A stretch of 60,035 bases of DNA, counting the filler, from Diploschistes diacapsis (lineage: Eukaryota): assembly GCA_023645945.1 (NCBI GenBank). It is 5 parts of 5 records of this genome, joined end to end, with 100 filler letters (N's around TTAATTAATTAA, not from the genome) between each part and the next. Parts side by side here need not be neighbours in the genome. Positions count along the whole stretch, not along the records: positions 45,236 to 52,614 come from JALAIB010001293.1; positions 52,715 to 60,035 come from JALAIB010001295.1; 3 more parts are not named here. One strand, given 5' to 3'. Under the pieces are notes generated by a model. It saw only the letters and a list, made by a program, of their open reading frames with translations. It did no database searches and was not told where the DNA came from. Below, piece after piece: positions 48,473 through 60,035 of the stretch (its first letter is position 1; the number at the start of each line of letters is the position of its first letter). The position numbers and the translations under genes were made by a program.

Positions 48473-51400
48473 CGAGCAAAGAAGAAATAGATAAATTAAA
48501 CATTCGTATAGCCGTATAGCCGTACAGCCGTAGATAGAGAGCTGTTGCAACTAGAGGTAGCTAGCCTCTGTCTCAGATGCTACTCCAAAAGTTCGGCGAA
48601 CCCAGGCTTGAGCGCCAAAAAGACCAAGCGCACGACACAGAGCATACCGATTCTAGCAGGATGGGTTGAGTTCTCAATTGAAAAGTTGGCCGAGTCCCAG
48701 CAATTAGAGTTGGTCGTGCTGATGAGTACGGGGGAACTCAAGCTTCATTGACGGAGTCTCTCTACACAGTAGTAGTAATCTTGCCCTGAAACAAACCGTC
48801 CTCTAACAAGCTATCCCTAACCAACCATCTAGTCCTGACCTACAGTCAAGTCGTAACTCGTTGTCATACCGACCGGTATCTAAACTCATCCCGATTCAAT
48901 TGTAAACCTATGCTTTGGTTAAATCACCGCTGGAGCTTCACCAGCCTCTCATGCCCTTACTAGATATTTTGGCCCCCGGTAAGAGCCAGCTGCATCTTCA
49001 AGCTCGAGGTTCGAAGTCGGACATGTCTCACGTTAGGTACCCTTGCAAGGAACCGCCTCGCTCCCGCTTCTGAGTTGCTTCGGCCTGCCGTACCGAGAAC
49101 CCCCAGACGACGCCGGGAGTGCGGACTTGGCCATGCCGTTACCTCAAAGGAAGGAAGCTGGCCATGTACGTACGCTGTACGCTGGCTTCTTTTTTACGGC
49201 GTACGTGCGCGCGCTACACCCCTTGATTCTCTATGGACCTGGTCTTCCCCAGATCTTGCATGGCCATGCGGAATGCAACCCTTCAGCATCGTGAGAGCCT
49301 CACTCTCCGTCGGCTGGCCTGTGCTCTGCTCTGGAGGAACGCCCACGCCCCGATTGCATCCTTCTACCCACTGAGCCCAGGACCTCGACATCAACGCGTT
49401 TACTCTTCTATTTGACCGCTTTCTCTCCAACTCTAATTGACGTATCGGGACCGAGATATTTCGACTTTCATGGCTAAAAAACGGGGAGACTTCCACAAAG
49501 TTCGAAATGTGCTCGAAGCACGTCGTGTGTGGCTCTGATTGAACCACGAGTGGAAGCCGTACCAATCCGTTGGCACTCACAGCAACCCAACTCTAGCATG
49601 AACCGTTGTCTCGTTTAGTAGGTTTGCGAGAGTCTCTGCGATGGATCTTGCAGTTACTTGAGCTGATGGCTAAGCTATTTAGGAAGGCTCGAAACGCCGT
49701 GAAGACAAAGCACACCCCGAGTTTGAATGTACAATGGTCATGTTGCAGACTTTTCTCAAGGATTAGGGTCGGTAGCCTTCCCTGTGCCTTACCGTTACTA
49801 TGCCTTCAAGAGCACGCTCTTGACTCCTGTGCCACGCGATGGCTTCGAATTACGGAGAGATCGATAGCGGTAAGCTTGAGAGTCCCCCCAATGGTGGAAG
49901 GGTATCCCGTTGAGATGTTGCAGCCGGCATCCGCGTTGTAGATTGACGTGCGAGTTGGGAGACCACACAATGCGAACCGAATGCTGCGCTTGTCAAGTTC
50001 CCCGGCGTCGGCCAGCAAGCATCTACGCGAGCGATAGGACCTGGGACGGGCCGCTCTTTCTGGAAGCATTTCCCGGCTCCGTTTGAAGCTTTCCAGTCAG
50101 GACGTGATGTTAGTGATATTCACTCTTCGCAGGCCACACACGAGGGTGGGAAACCTGTCAACATCTGGTTCCATAGTCATGGCCGAACATTCGAGGGTCT
50201 CTCAGCCACATGATCGACTGCAGGCACTCACCGGTTGTGTCTTTGCCTCAAGTCTTTCGCTAGACAATCTGGCCCTGGACGTGGACCAATCATGAAGCAC
50301 CGCAGATAGCAGGTGTGTTTCACGAACCACCGCTGGAACGAACGGTGGCGATCGCTGATGTGCAGTCTGCACTGTCACGTTGCTCCTTCGTTGTATCCTA
50401 TTTCTCTCCAGTCCCTTGGGTTCTCCGCCTGTGCTGAGCATGCCTCCAAGCTGGTCATACCTTTGCGTATCACCATTGGCGGTGATGAACGCTTCCAAGC
50501 AATCGCAAAATAGTTCTAGAGGCTCCCTGGAACTAGTGCCACCGCATCTAGAAGGGTAGCTTCTCGTCCGTGAGTCGTGGTTCTAGCTTCTCTCTACCAA
50601 TAGCACAGTCTTTCCGTTCAAATGATGCATAAAATGCGAGGTCCCATGTTACGAGAATGGGGGACGACTCTGTCCTCCAGAGCAATGCAAATAGCCACCC
50701 TCTGAGTCAAACGGAAAAGTTTTCCCCTTTCCTGCAGCAGCAGAGACACCAGCATTAGGGTCCAGGGCCGGACTTGACTCAATGGGTAGTCTTGACTTCA
50801 CTCGGGTTAAGGAAACCGAGCCCAGATATGATAGCTTGCCACACGTCGCTTTCACAGCTTCGCAGACGGCATGCCAGTGTCCGCGTGGTCTCATGGATTC
50901 GAGTTGGTTCTGCGCTGTGTGCCTTTGAGTGCTTCGATTTCGTTAGCCAGCTTTTGTCGTGGTTGGCTGCAGATGCATTGCATCGCGTCTCGGTCTGCAC
51001 GATACATTGGATGGCAAACAAATTGTGCATATATTGCAAAGAAGCCTGACGGATTGAGGAGAAAAGTGATGGGTAGATTCTTGGGTTCGTCTCCAAGAAA
51101 GGTAGGTGCCAAGTTCCTGTTCCTTTTGATAGCGATTAGCAAGAACGCCATTGTATTCAAAGTGCACATTAATTTATGTATGGAGGACTTGAGCGAAGCA
51201 AGGCCTTGGCGATCGGCTTCTATGTAATTCCACTTCTCAAACTCGGGCTTTCCCCATGGGACATGGTTCGCCATGTTTCGAATACGGTCTTGCTCTCGAT
51301 GGCAACCTGTTCACCCATTTCGCCTTATACCTCCGCAACTTTGCTGCCTTTATTTTCCTCTTCTACCATTTTCATCCCTTGAATGCCTTGAGGCATGCTT

Positions 51401-52614
51401 CGTCGCCTAGAATGCAAGCATTAGGCATATGGACAAAGAATGCGTAGTTCTTCGGAGATGCTAACAAGTCCAAAGCAACGTGTTCTCGAATAAATATGCT
51501 GAAACCTGCGAGCTACATGGGCTCAACTTCAACCCTTCTTTTCAAGGTGGTTTTAGGGGTGGAGCAAAGACTAAGTTTTACAATTTTTCCCCCAACGTTG
51601 GAGAAGGGAGGCACATCATAATGTAAAGACATGTTTCACCAGCTTCTTGCGGCTCTTACTGCTTCAAAATGGTATACCGCATCCTGGTAGCAGATTCAGC
51701 TCCTTCACTTACTATCTACGCCAGAAGTGCCGCTCGACGTACTCGCCACACCCTATCGGCACTACCTAGGCAAGTTAATCACAAAAGCCAATCAAAGTCA
51801 TCCAGGCCATTGCTTGCGCCATGCAATATCGTTCGTAGCTTTTGCCTTACAAGCGGACCGCACCAGACCAGGCCATGGCATAGAAAACCATTGCTCATAC
51901 TCCCAAATATCTGTCTCTCAATCGAACGAGAAGAGTGGCGCTCGTCAACAGCCGTCAGGAGGTCCTCGAAGAGGTCGGAACGAAAACTATAATGCAAAAA
52001 GGGCAAAGCTTGAAAGGACCAGAAGGTGTGTGGCTATGGAGAAAGCGAAACAAGACGCCATTATGCGAAGGACGCAAGAGAAGAGAAAGGCATACCCGAA
52101 TATCAAGAGACCAGACACAGGGAGTCAGACGAGAAGGGAAGGAAGGAAAGGCTGTGGTTGGAGCAGAAGAGCGGCGATAGAAACAAGAAGACGTGCAAGG
52201 GAAAGCAGAGAACGAAGCACAATCCACTTCATCATACGGTGGTTTATCCCATCCTATCCAAAAGACTCCAGCCAGCCAGAATCCACCGCAACGCTATGAT
52301 AGCCAACATCTAAGCTACAACATGGGCAGATGGTCTATACGCCGAGCAAGAAAACGCTCTGCATCACTTCAACATTCCACCGTGTCTCAAGTTGCCTATT
52401 CTCCAAGCTTCACAATGAACCTCGCGCACCTCCTCTTTTCTCTCCCCCATCCTTCTTTTCCCCCATACGGAGACCGGTCGATCTGTGCACTTGTTTCCTC
52501 CCCTTCCCCCACAAAGCCGAACCTCCGTCCATTCCCCTCCCATCTACTACTCCCTGTCTACACTTCCCTCCTACCTTCCCCAACACCGCCCCCCTCAGCG
52601 ATCCGCATCTCCAC

Positions 52615-52714
52615 NNNNNNNNNNNNNNNNNNNNNNNNNNNNNNNNNNNNNNNNNNNNTTAATTAATTAANNNNNNNNNNNNNNNNNNNNNNNNNNNNNN
52701 NNNNNNNNNNNNNN
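52615..52714. other. Assembly spacer
   Basis: N-run containing TTAATTAATTAA. Confidence 0.97.
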
Positions 52715-53351
52715 GATATAGTCTCTATGGCCATAATAATAATCAAAATTAATTTCTTTTATATAGTTCCGCGTATTTCTATAAATGATATGCATTTGTA
52801 TACAAATTATACAGAGATCTAAATACCTGGCAGAGCCACAGCGAACTAGGCAGAATGCATCACTAACTAGGTAGAATGCATCACTAGGGCGCCACCAAAT
52901 ATATTACACAATTTTACAGTAGGCAGAATAAGACAAACCAAAAAAACTAACGAGTAGCACTATGGGGTAGAATGTGTCTGTCTCATCCGAAGATCTAGAA
53001 ACACGCGCGGCTCAGACTTCCATCTCGGAACTATAGCTCGCTAATCAGATAAATAAGTCGTAGTCGTAACCAGAGAATCGTGGCATCACGTGTTGTTCCG
53101 TTAAAATAGATGAGCACTTATTCTCAAAGCCACGGAGCCATTGGTAAGAACAAAAGAAGAACAAAAGAAGAACAAAAGCCTTCGTGATGAAATCCTCTCT
53201 CCATGAGATAAACTTCTCAATGCAGTCTTATACACCGATCGCCGCTGCAAGCCATGTGTTTATCGCTAATGTGCACCTGGTCATTTACAATACTCCTAAG
53301 TTAGCTCATCCTCGGGCCCAGAACGCCATAGCACAAAGCAGGGAGCCAATA

Positions 53352-54388
53352 TTATACAGCACTATAACCTCCTCTCGCGCCACCACCATTCAGTGTGCTG
53401 ACTATTTTCCTGCCCCAATCGCCGAGAATATACGGCACATCTCTGATGATGTCGGAATATGGCAGTAGATCCCAGCCCCGTGCACCATTCCTGGTGTAGT
53501 TGATCCAAGCCGTAAAAATGATGAATACAAGCAAGCCCATGAAAATGATGAAGAAGAACCACGAGAAAAAACCCCAACCGCCCGAGGATGATGTGTCGCG
53601 TCCTGAAGATGCAGCGTCTTCGCATCCATGGGGTGTATACCAGTTCAGACGGAGGGTATCCTCATTGCGAGAACTATCTTGGTCGTATGAGAGGAATTCA
53701 AGCTCCCCACCTGCGCCATCATCCGTCTTCTTCGCTGCCTCCCACTCTGGGCGCTTGCGCTCGCCGTTGTCATCCTCATCCTCATCACTGCCCTCGGCAT
53801 CGCTTTCAGCATCCTCATCTTTTCTGCAAATAAATTCGATCACTGCTCGTTGCGGTCTTTTGTCTTGACCTGTCTTTTTGACCCCACCTCCGATTTCTAG
53901 CCGCAGTCCTTCCTTTTGACTGTCTGTATTGGATGCCGAATCCTTGAGTCTCGTGTATACTGGATTAAATTCCGCATGTTCGTGTATGTAATTTCGCATT
54001 ATGGGATATGCGCCGTCTTTGAACGTCTGATCCCCCCGGCGGAGAGTTTCGATGCCACAGACTGGATCAAGTGTTAGTGCGGCCCGTTACTTCTCCTCCA
54101 AATATAACGTGAGAGCTTACTATGGGTGCCGTGTGAGCATTCATCCTTCTCGACTGGATCGTCCAGCTCCAACGGATCGCAGATGTTAATCTTAAAGGTT
54201 GTGTTGTGTTCGCTGCCGAGTCCCTCTCTTATCCATGAGACCTGATGATATCCACCTAGGGTTTCGAGCTTAAATTCCACACCGCCGGCGAGCACCTTCT
54301 TACAATCAAAACTCACTGCAGCTGCGGATCTGAAGAGGACTGAAAGAAGCGGAAGGAATGCTAAGTAAGAGCCCCAGAAAGACCACAT
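53352..54388 (-). CDS. ATG27: Autophagy-related protein 27 (type I membrane protein, M6PR-like)
   Basis: Signal peptide, Cys-containing luminal domain (FKINICDPL, EGLRLE, AVIEFIC, LRLNWYTPHGCE), TM segment WGFFSWFFFIIF, GARGWDLLP and a C-terminal GGYSAV sorting motif. One intron. Confidence 0.92.
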
Positions 54389-54757
54389 AGCTTGCGCTGG
54401 AGGATTGAGCGTCTCAAAGTTCGAGAGTGAATTCAAGCAACACCATCAATGGACCGTAAAATGAGTGTGAGCAAGTGAAAGATATGGAGTCGATTTTAAT
54501 GGCACATGACAAACGTTGCCACGAACATTAAAGCTACTGATGAAATACGTAAGTTGCGATGTTGGATCGTGATTGGTCTAGGAAAAGGCATGCAGCTGCC
54601 AAGCCAACTTTCTATTTGGGACACCCTCTGTGTCCTTTTACACGTTGTCTAAGGTATGCTTTCTGACCCACTCTGCCTTGAATCCAACGGAGATGCGGCA
54701 CTCTCTCAGTATATATATACAAAGTTATACTGTCTAGCAGCCATTTGGTTTCTCTCT

Positions 54758-56986
54758 TTAATCTATCCATGAACCAGGCATTATGGTGCTTGAAGCAGCA
54801 ACATAGCTTCGGAGAGGAACTATAGAATTTCTCTGTCTGCTATCCCTAGGAGAGAGATTGCCTCGGACCTCCTCCTCGCCGTCTTTCTCTGAGTATCCGT
54901 CACTATCAGCAGGTACTTCATGATCGCCGATTCTCAGCGCCCAGAAAAACTCTTCACGGTCAGTCTTGGATTGGTAAATGGAGACAAATAGACCTGTCTC
55001 TTCACCCTCGGCGATCATAAAAGTATCAACTTCATGCAAGTCTGTTGTCATTCTTTTACGTCGGATGGGCCAGAAACGCCGGGTCGGGCAAGGACGTGTC
55101 CGACACTGTCGTAACTCTGTGACAGCGTAGTCAAGGAGGTCGACGCCGGCATAGTACAAAGAATCGAACCACCATCGCACAATAAATATCTCAAAACCAT
55201 TCTTAGATGTATTTCTTAGGTAGCTCTGGTCTGAGTAGTGTGAACAAATTACTCTTGTCAGAACTGTTCCATATCCCAGATCATCAGGTGTATGGATATT
55301 CGCCCCTAGCTTGATGAGCGACTTAACAGTATCCCGCAGCCTGATGAGCTGCGGGTGTTCCAGACCCATGTCCGGCTCTCGGAAAAACCAGACAAGAGAC
55401 AAAGCTTCAATGAAGACCTTATTTAGTATGGCGAGATCGTGAGATAGGACCTTAAAATTGGCAATGTGGGCGTAGGCAAGGCTGCCACTATCGAACATAT
55501 AGTCATGCCGATGATACTTCCATTGCCGTACCGACTCCAGGAGTTCCTCTATTTGTGTTTCATCTATTTGGTTGATCATATATCTCAAAGGCTCTTCGAA
55601 TGGGAAGGCGTAAAGGCCCAAAGCGGAAACTTTGTAATCTGCTTCTTCAACGGATTCCGTGCTGTCAGAAGCACCATTCTCCACGAGTAGCCTAACTGTT
55701 TCCATCACGTTTAAGGCGTCTGGCTGCCACTTAGATTCCTCGAGATCATATAGAAGAGCCGTTACCTCCGTAGTAGCGAAACCTAAAGCACGATCGTCTT
55801 TCCTAGTATCTGCCGCCATCATTAAAGGAGTTCTACAGTGGTTAGTGACTAATTTTTTGACTAATAGCCTGATTACCTCTGCTGTGTAACTTTTCGACCT
55901 ATTCGTGATTTCCCCTGCCAAACACAGCGTGCACTGGGGTCTGCTCCGTACTCGATAAGAAATCTGCACATATTGGAGCGGTGGTACGTGGCGGATATCT
56001 GAAAGCAATTAGTCCCAACGAGACTTCCCGGACGGCACTGTTAGCTTACAAATAGTAGATTCCCCCCATCCTCGTTCACGTCATACGGCGATGCGAGACC
56101 TTGAGTAAAAAGTCTCTGCAATTCTTCAACGTCACCAAACGCGCAAGCTCTCCAAGCAGGGTGATCTCGCGTGATGATGTTGAAGGTTCTGAAGAGAAAC
56201 TGGGGTCCTCCAAAAGCCCTGTTGGAGAGGATCTCAAACCCTTGGGAAAGGGTTGTCCAGAGCGCTGGAGAAAACTTTATTCTCGTAGACCGCCCAGACG
56301 AATCAGAGGTAATCCAGAGCAAAGTTCCAACAATTAATTTGTAAGATGTCTCATTTATATAATTCTTTCTGATTTGCTTATTTTCTTTCCTTAATGAAAG
56401 AGGGCTTTGCGTTGGCATGGCTTTCGTATCACGTTGTGCAAGAAAGGCCATGATTGCCTGGAAGCCATCCTCTTGTGTTCTTCGCAAGCTTTGGATCTCG
56501 GATCTGGAACAGATTGATTAGACGTCATGAGTGACTTTACCCTAAGTACACTTACTTCTGTAACAACCCTTGAGCAAGAGACAGCATCGTCTTCGATCTC
56601 TCCAGCTTCTCAAACCCATCCCTAATGCTTTTCTCCTTCAGAGTCGCCTTTACCGCGGCCCAAGTTCGGGATACTCTTTGACCGCGCAGGCATCCATCTA
56701 GCGCTTGCACTACCGATGACACATCATGCGATGCTCGTTCGCAAAGCCTTCTGGCCTTCTTGTATGCACTAGATTGGACCTCGACCGCGCCTGCGGAAGC
56801 CGCTGGGTCCAGCTCACTAAGGACGCTAGCAAGACCGTCCAACTCTTCAACTAGATCTGTAAGCCTCTCTGGTGCATGCTTGATATCCGTGCAAAAATCG
56901 AAGAGCTTTTGAGTACTATCGACGATTTGCAAAGCTACCCCAGCAATGCCAATGGCACCGGAAGCCACGCCTAGAAGCTCAGCCAT
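54758..56986 (-). CDS. HeLo-like/SesA-type N-terminal helical domain plus ankyrin-repeat protein
   Basis: MAELLGVASGAIGIAGVALQ..IKHAP..LERSKTMLSLAQ N-domain, followed by ankyrin-like segments ACAFGDVEELQRLFTQGLASPYDVNEDG, VRLLVENGA and SLIKLGANIH. Exon junctions are approximate. Confidence 0.72.
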
Positions 56987-57641
56987 GCCAGCAACATTAT
57001 TCCAATTGTACTAGTCTGTCAGCGCATGCTGGTACTCTGCGATAATCCTGATACAACTGCTGAAATCTGCGAAGCTCGCAACCGTCATGGCTGGGGAGGT
57101 TCCTCGGGACACAAGGAAACTAAATGAAGGTGGGATGGAAAGGAAGGCTGAACCATATGTATATGCAAACATCCTGGGATGTAGACTGCTTCGTACACAG
57201 TCGCACAAGACCATTGGTCGATTAGAAAAAGCCTGGATACAAGTGTGCGGCAAGGCTTTCCAATGGGGCAGCAGGTCAAGTCTCCTCGGCGCCTAAATCA
57301 CGTAATCATACTCAAAGAAGTATATGATTGGCAGGAAGCTGGATCTTACCTACTGAACTTTGAGAGAAAAGGTTCGCAGATGTTGGTGAAAAAAAAACAT
57401 GTGTACTACTCAACAGCACTTAGTAGTTCTGAATATTCAAAGCCGTCTATAGAGACAAGGCACTATAATGCTCGTATAGCGTCGAAAACATGGCTGCACT
57501 CAATCGGGAACATATTCATTCCAGACTTGGGAGGCCGAGCACTTCATCATCCAGTAGCTCGAGTACGAAAAAGCCTACTTCACTCACATACCACTCGGAA
57601 GCTATATGCTAATGCATTTCCCATATCTGACCAGGCCTTAC

Positions 57642-58933
57642 TTATATGCCTCGATTGAATTCAACAAGGCCATCTTTGCCCCCCTTTCCCCAGAAATGCG
57701 GCTCCAATGACCGAGATGATATGGCCTGACGTTGAGGAAATGCACCAAGGGCAGGGGGGAGCGCAAGTACCGAGGTCGCGAAAATGAGGCCTATAATATA
57801 TTTAGCACTGTATCGGTTTTGTAATATGTGCAAGCACGCGCAGATGGACCAACCTAGATTGACCGGCAATGTTAACCTTGGATGCTTCTGTAGCCACTGT
57901 GTCCGCTGTAGTCTTACCAACACTATAGCTGAGACTGCCATGACTGGCGTGGAATTCAATACACGACTAATTGCTGTTTCGCTAACCGCTAAAATCGCGG
58001 CCTTCTTGCTTTTTCCAAGACTTTGCGGTTGTACATCTCTGCCACGCTCCTCAGTGGCTGCCTTTTCGGCCTCGGTCAATGCTGGATAAACATCTATCCC
58101 CATTTTGATTTCCTCGCCACGCATCAGAAAGACGTTTAGGGCGCCAGCTGATGCGACTGCAGCCCATGGAATTAGACGTGTCATCGTGGTCCTAGTCATC
58201 GGCGATAGGCGCTTCAAACGAGGCACAAGGGAATTCAAACCTAGAGCGACAGAGCACGACGCAGAAACTGCGAGGAGGTAGGACTTCGCAAGGGTCGACG
58301 TTGAAAGTGGTGTTGACTTATTTGCATTCGCGCTGTTGATTGCCACATTCACGGATTGGTTAATTATCTGCCACACAAGAGTCCCCGCCGTCTGTAAAGA
58401 GGATTAGCTATGGAGTTTTCAGATGTCGATGCGGTGCCGCATACTCCAAGCCCAGGAGTCAGCATGCCAGCGGTGACGACGAGATTGGTCAAAACGAAGC
58501 ACGACATGCGGAACGGCATGAATACCGGCTGGCCGGTATCTAAAGGTCCTTTAAGTCAAACCTTTTGTTCCCCCTAAACGGATTGCCTACCAGGATGAAG
58601 CGTCGAATCAACGATCTTCTTAGCCTTCCATATCTCGGGTGTCATCACATTTGCGCTCCCCTGTTTGTACTCTGTAACAAGCTTCTTCGCATTTTCAAGC
58701 CCTGACGATGATACAAAAAGTGTCCTGGAGGTGGTTAGCCTAGCTACGGTACGACTCACACAGCGCGCAGTGGACTTAACACACTCGGTGGTGAGCTGCA
58801 TGCCATAAGAAGCGTTGCTTTTTCCTCACCTAGGATCTGAGATTTGCGCAGATTGTTTGACACGGCCCCAATATGTTGAGAGGTCATATTGTGACGCCGG
58901 AAGCTCGCGGCCTCCTGGCAGCGAGGTAGACAT
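57642..58933 (-). CDS. FSF1: Sideroflexin (mitochondrial serine/tricarboxylate carrier)
   Basis: MSTSLPGGRELPASQYDLSTYWGRV, WKAKKIVDSTLHP, PFRMSCFVLTNL, WQIINQSVNVAIN.ANAN, NVFLMRGEEI, C-terminal FNRGI. Multi-exon. Confidence 0.94.
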
Positions 58934-59184
58934 TACTGCTTAAAGTATATGAAGCGCGATAACAGAGCAGGACCTTTAGATATAATGCATAAGGATACAT
59001 GGAGTGTGACAGAATCGGGCAGATTTGCAACTAATGTAAAATGAAGTTGAAGGTGCGCCTGGTTTGTTCTAAGATGCTCGAAGGGGACTTGATGGAGCGA
59101 TATCGGAGTAGGGTAGGGAACTGAAGAACTTGGCTGGATTAGAAGAGTTTTATATTATAAAAATATAAAAACAGAAATGGAATG

Positions 59185-59257
59185 GGGGCTGTAGCGTAAT
59201 GGTTAACGCGTCAGATTTCGGCTCTGAAGATTGGGAGTTCGAGTCTTCCCAGCCTCG
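59185..59257 (+). tRNA. tRNA-Arg(TCG), intronless
   Basis: Acceptor stem GGGGCTG/CAGCCTC, D-arm GCGT-AATGGTTA-ACGC, anticodon arm TCAGA-TTTCGGC-TCTGA, T-loop TTCGAGT, downstream T-run. Confidence 0.9.
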
Positions 59258-59770
59258 AAGGCTTTGTTTTGACTAGCTAGTGTCCAGTTATTTTATCTTT
59301 TTACCTTCATGATGAGCAATCTTGTAACGAATATCTCCATATATGAAGTGCAGATTCGGGGCTGTTCGGCATGGACAACTGGTGGCCTGGATATGCAAAC
59401 ATGGTCAAGGAGATTTCGCTTCAACCAGTTGCAAGGATAGAGACGGTTATGGGAAAGAAAACAAGGCACTCCCTAGCATTTAACGTGTTTAAAGTTCCAT
59501 GCTTTGCAATTGAGAGAAGCTTTTTAAGATTAATCGCTATGATACAAGTCGTGCTGCTTGCTTTTATCCCAGCAATATAGATAGCTATGGGAGCACAATC
59601 ATATAGGTACTGCGACTGGATTAATATGAGCTTCTAAAGCATCGTTTCATTTGTTCGGAAGCTCCCTTGCGAAAGGAGAGGCGAAGGGAGGTCGCTTTTG
59701 CAGCGGCTCCCCTTGTTTACCATACTTGGCAAGGATCTCCTGCAAGGGTCATATGACACCCCTAAACACG

Positions 59771-59912
59771 GGGGCAGTTATTCTGACCGAAATAAACGTT
59801 ATTATATAAATAAATTATCGGAGTTGATACTTCCGATCTTTCTAAATTTTTTATGTCTTTCTATTATATCTTAATATACGTGCACGGTTTATTTAAAGCA
59901 AAAAATATCGAA
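59771..59912 (+). mobile_element. Left end of a MULE-like element sharing its TIR with the 24955-25686 element
   Basis: GGGGCAGTTATTCTGACCGAAAT followed by AT-rich sequence. Confidence 0.6.
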
Positions 59913-60035
59913 TAGGCTGGCCGTTTCGTGCCACGGTCACTGACACGGACACTGTAATAAAAAATTTTAAAACACGGATATTAACACGGATACTACATTA
60001 CAGTAAAAGCACGAACACGGACACTATAATTAAAA
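59913..60035 (+). mobile_element. hAT-like transposon end (runs off the window)
   Basis: Starts TAGGCTGGCCGTTTCGTGCC, followed by at least 4 subterminal ACACGGA(C/T)A repeats. The partner end and TSD are not visible. Confidence 0.5.

Noticed and set aside
30165..52714. Four identical TTAATTAATTAA motifs within N-runs
   Set aside because: They are artificial scaffolding linkers, not biological repeats. Linkage across them should not be interpreted.
52845..53180. 21-bp and 11-bp tandem duplications downstream of ATG27
   Set aside because: Simple slippage repeats with no further structure.

Overview
Genomic DNA of a filamentous ascomycete (Pezizomycotina-type short introns), made of five contigs joined by artificial 100-nt N/TTAATTAATTAA spacers, so adjacency across gaps is unproven. 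Contig 1 (1-30164) is an accessory-rich stretch. It holds ALG12, then three decayed genes (CYP52-like P450, PD-(D/E)xK-like protein, Myb/SANT protein). Next is a cellulolytic locus: a divergent intact CBM1-GH5 endoglucanase and intronless CBM1-GH6 cellobiohydrolase II, whose shared promoter has a perfect CLR-1-type motif and an impala-like foldback MITE. Relics of a CBM1, an AA9 LPMO and a cellobiose dehydrogenase follow. The contig also has a HeLo-like/SesA-type domain fused to a catalytically degenerate G-alpha, next to a PTH11-like receptor, and a CYP7-like P450. Later contigs carry mostly housekeeping genes (YMC1-like carrier, FMP25, arginase, GatB/PET112, ATG27, sideroflexin, tRNA-Arg) plus a secreted K-x-R/DA repeat protein, a WSC-mucin protein and a HeLo-like-ankyrin protein. 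Several non-autonomous DNA transposons (Tc1/mariner MITEs, MULE-like, hAT-like) are present. The best candidates for new biology are the HeLo-like-pseudo-G-alpha/PTH11 pair, the half-decayed cellulose cluster and the repeat-peptide precursor. All family calls come from motif recognition, not database searches.
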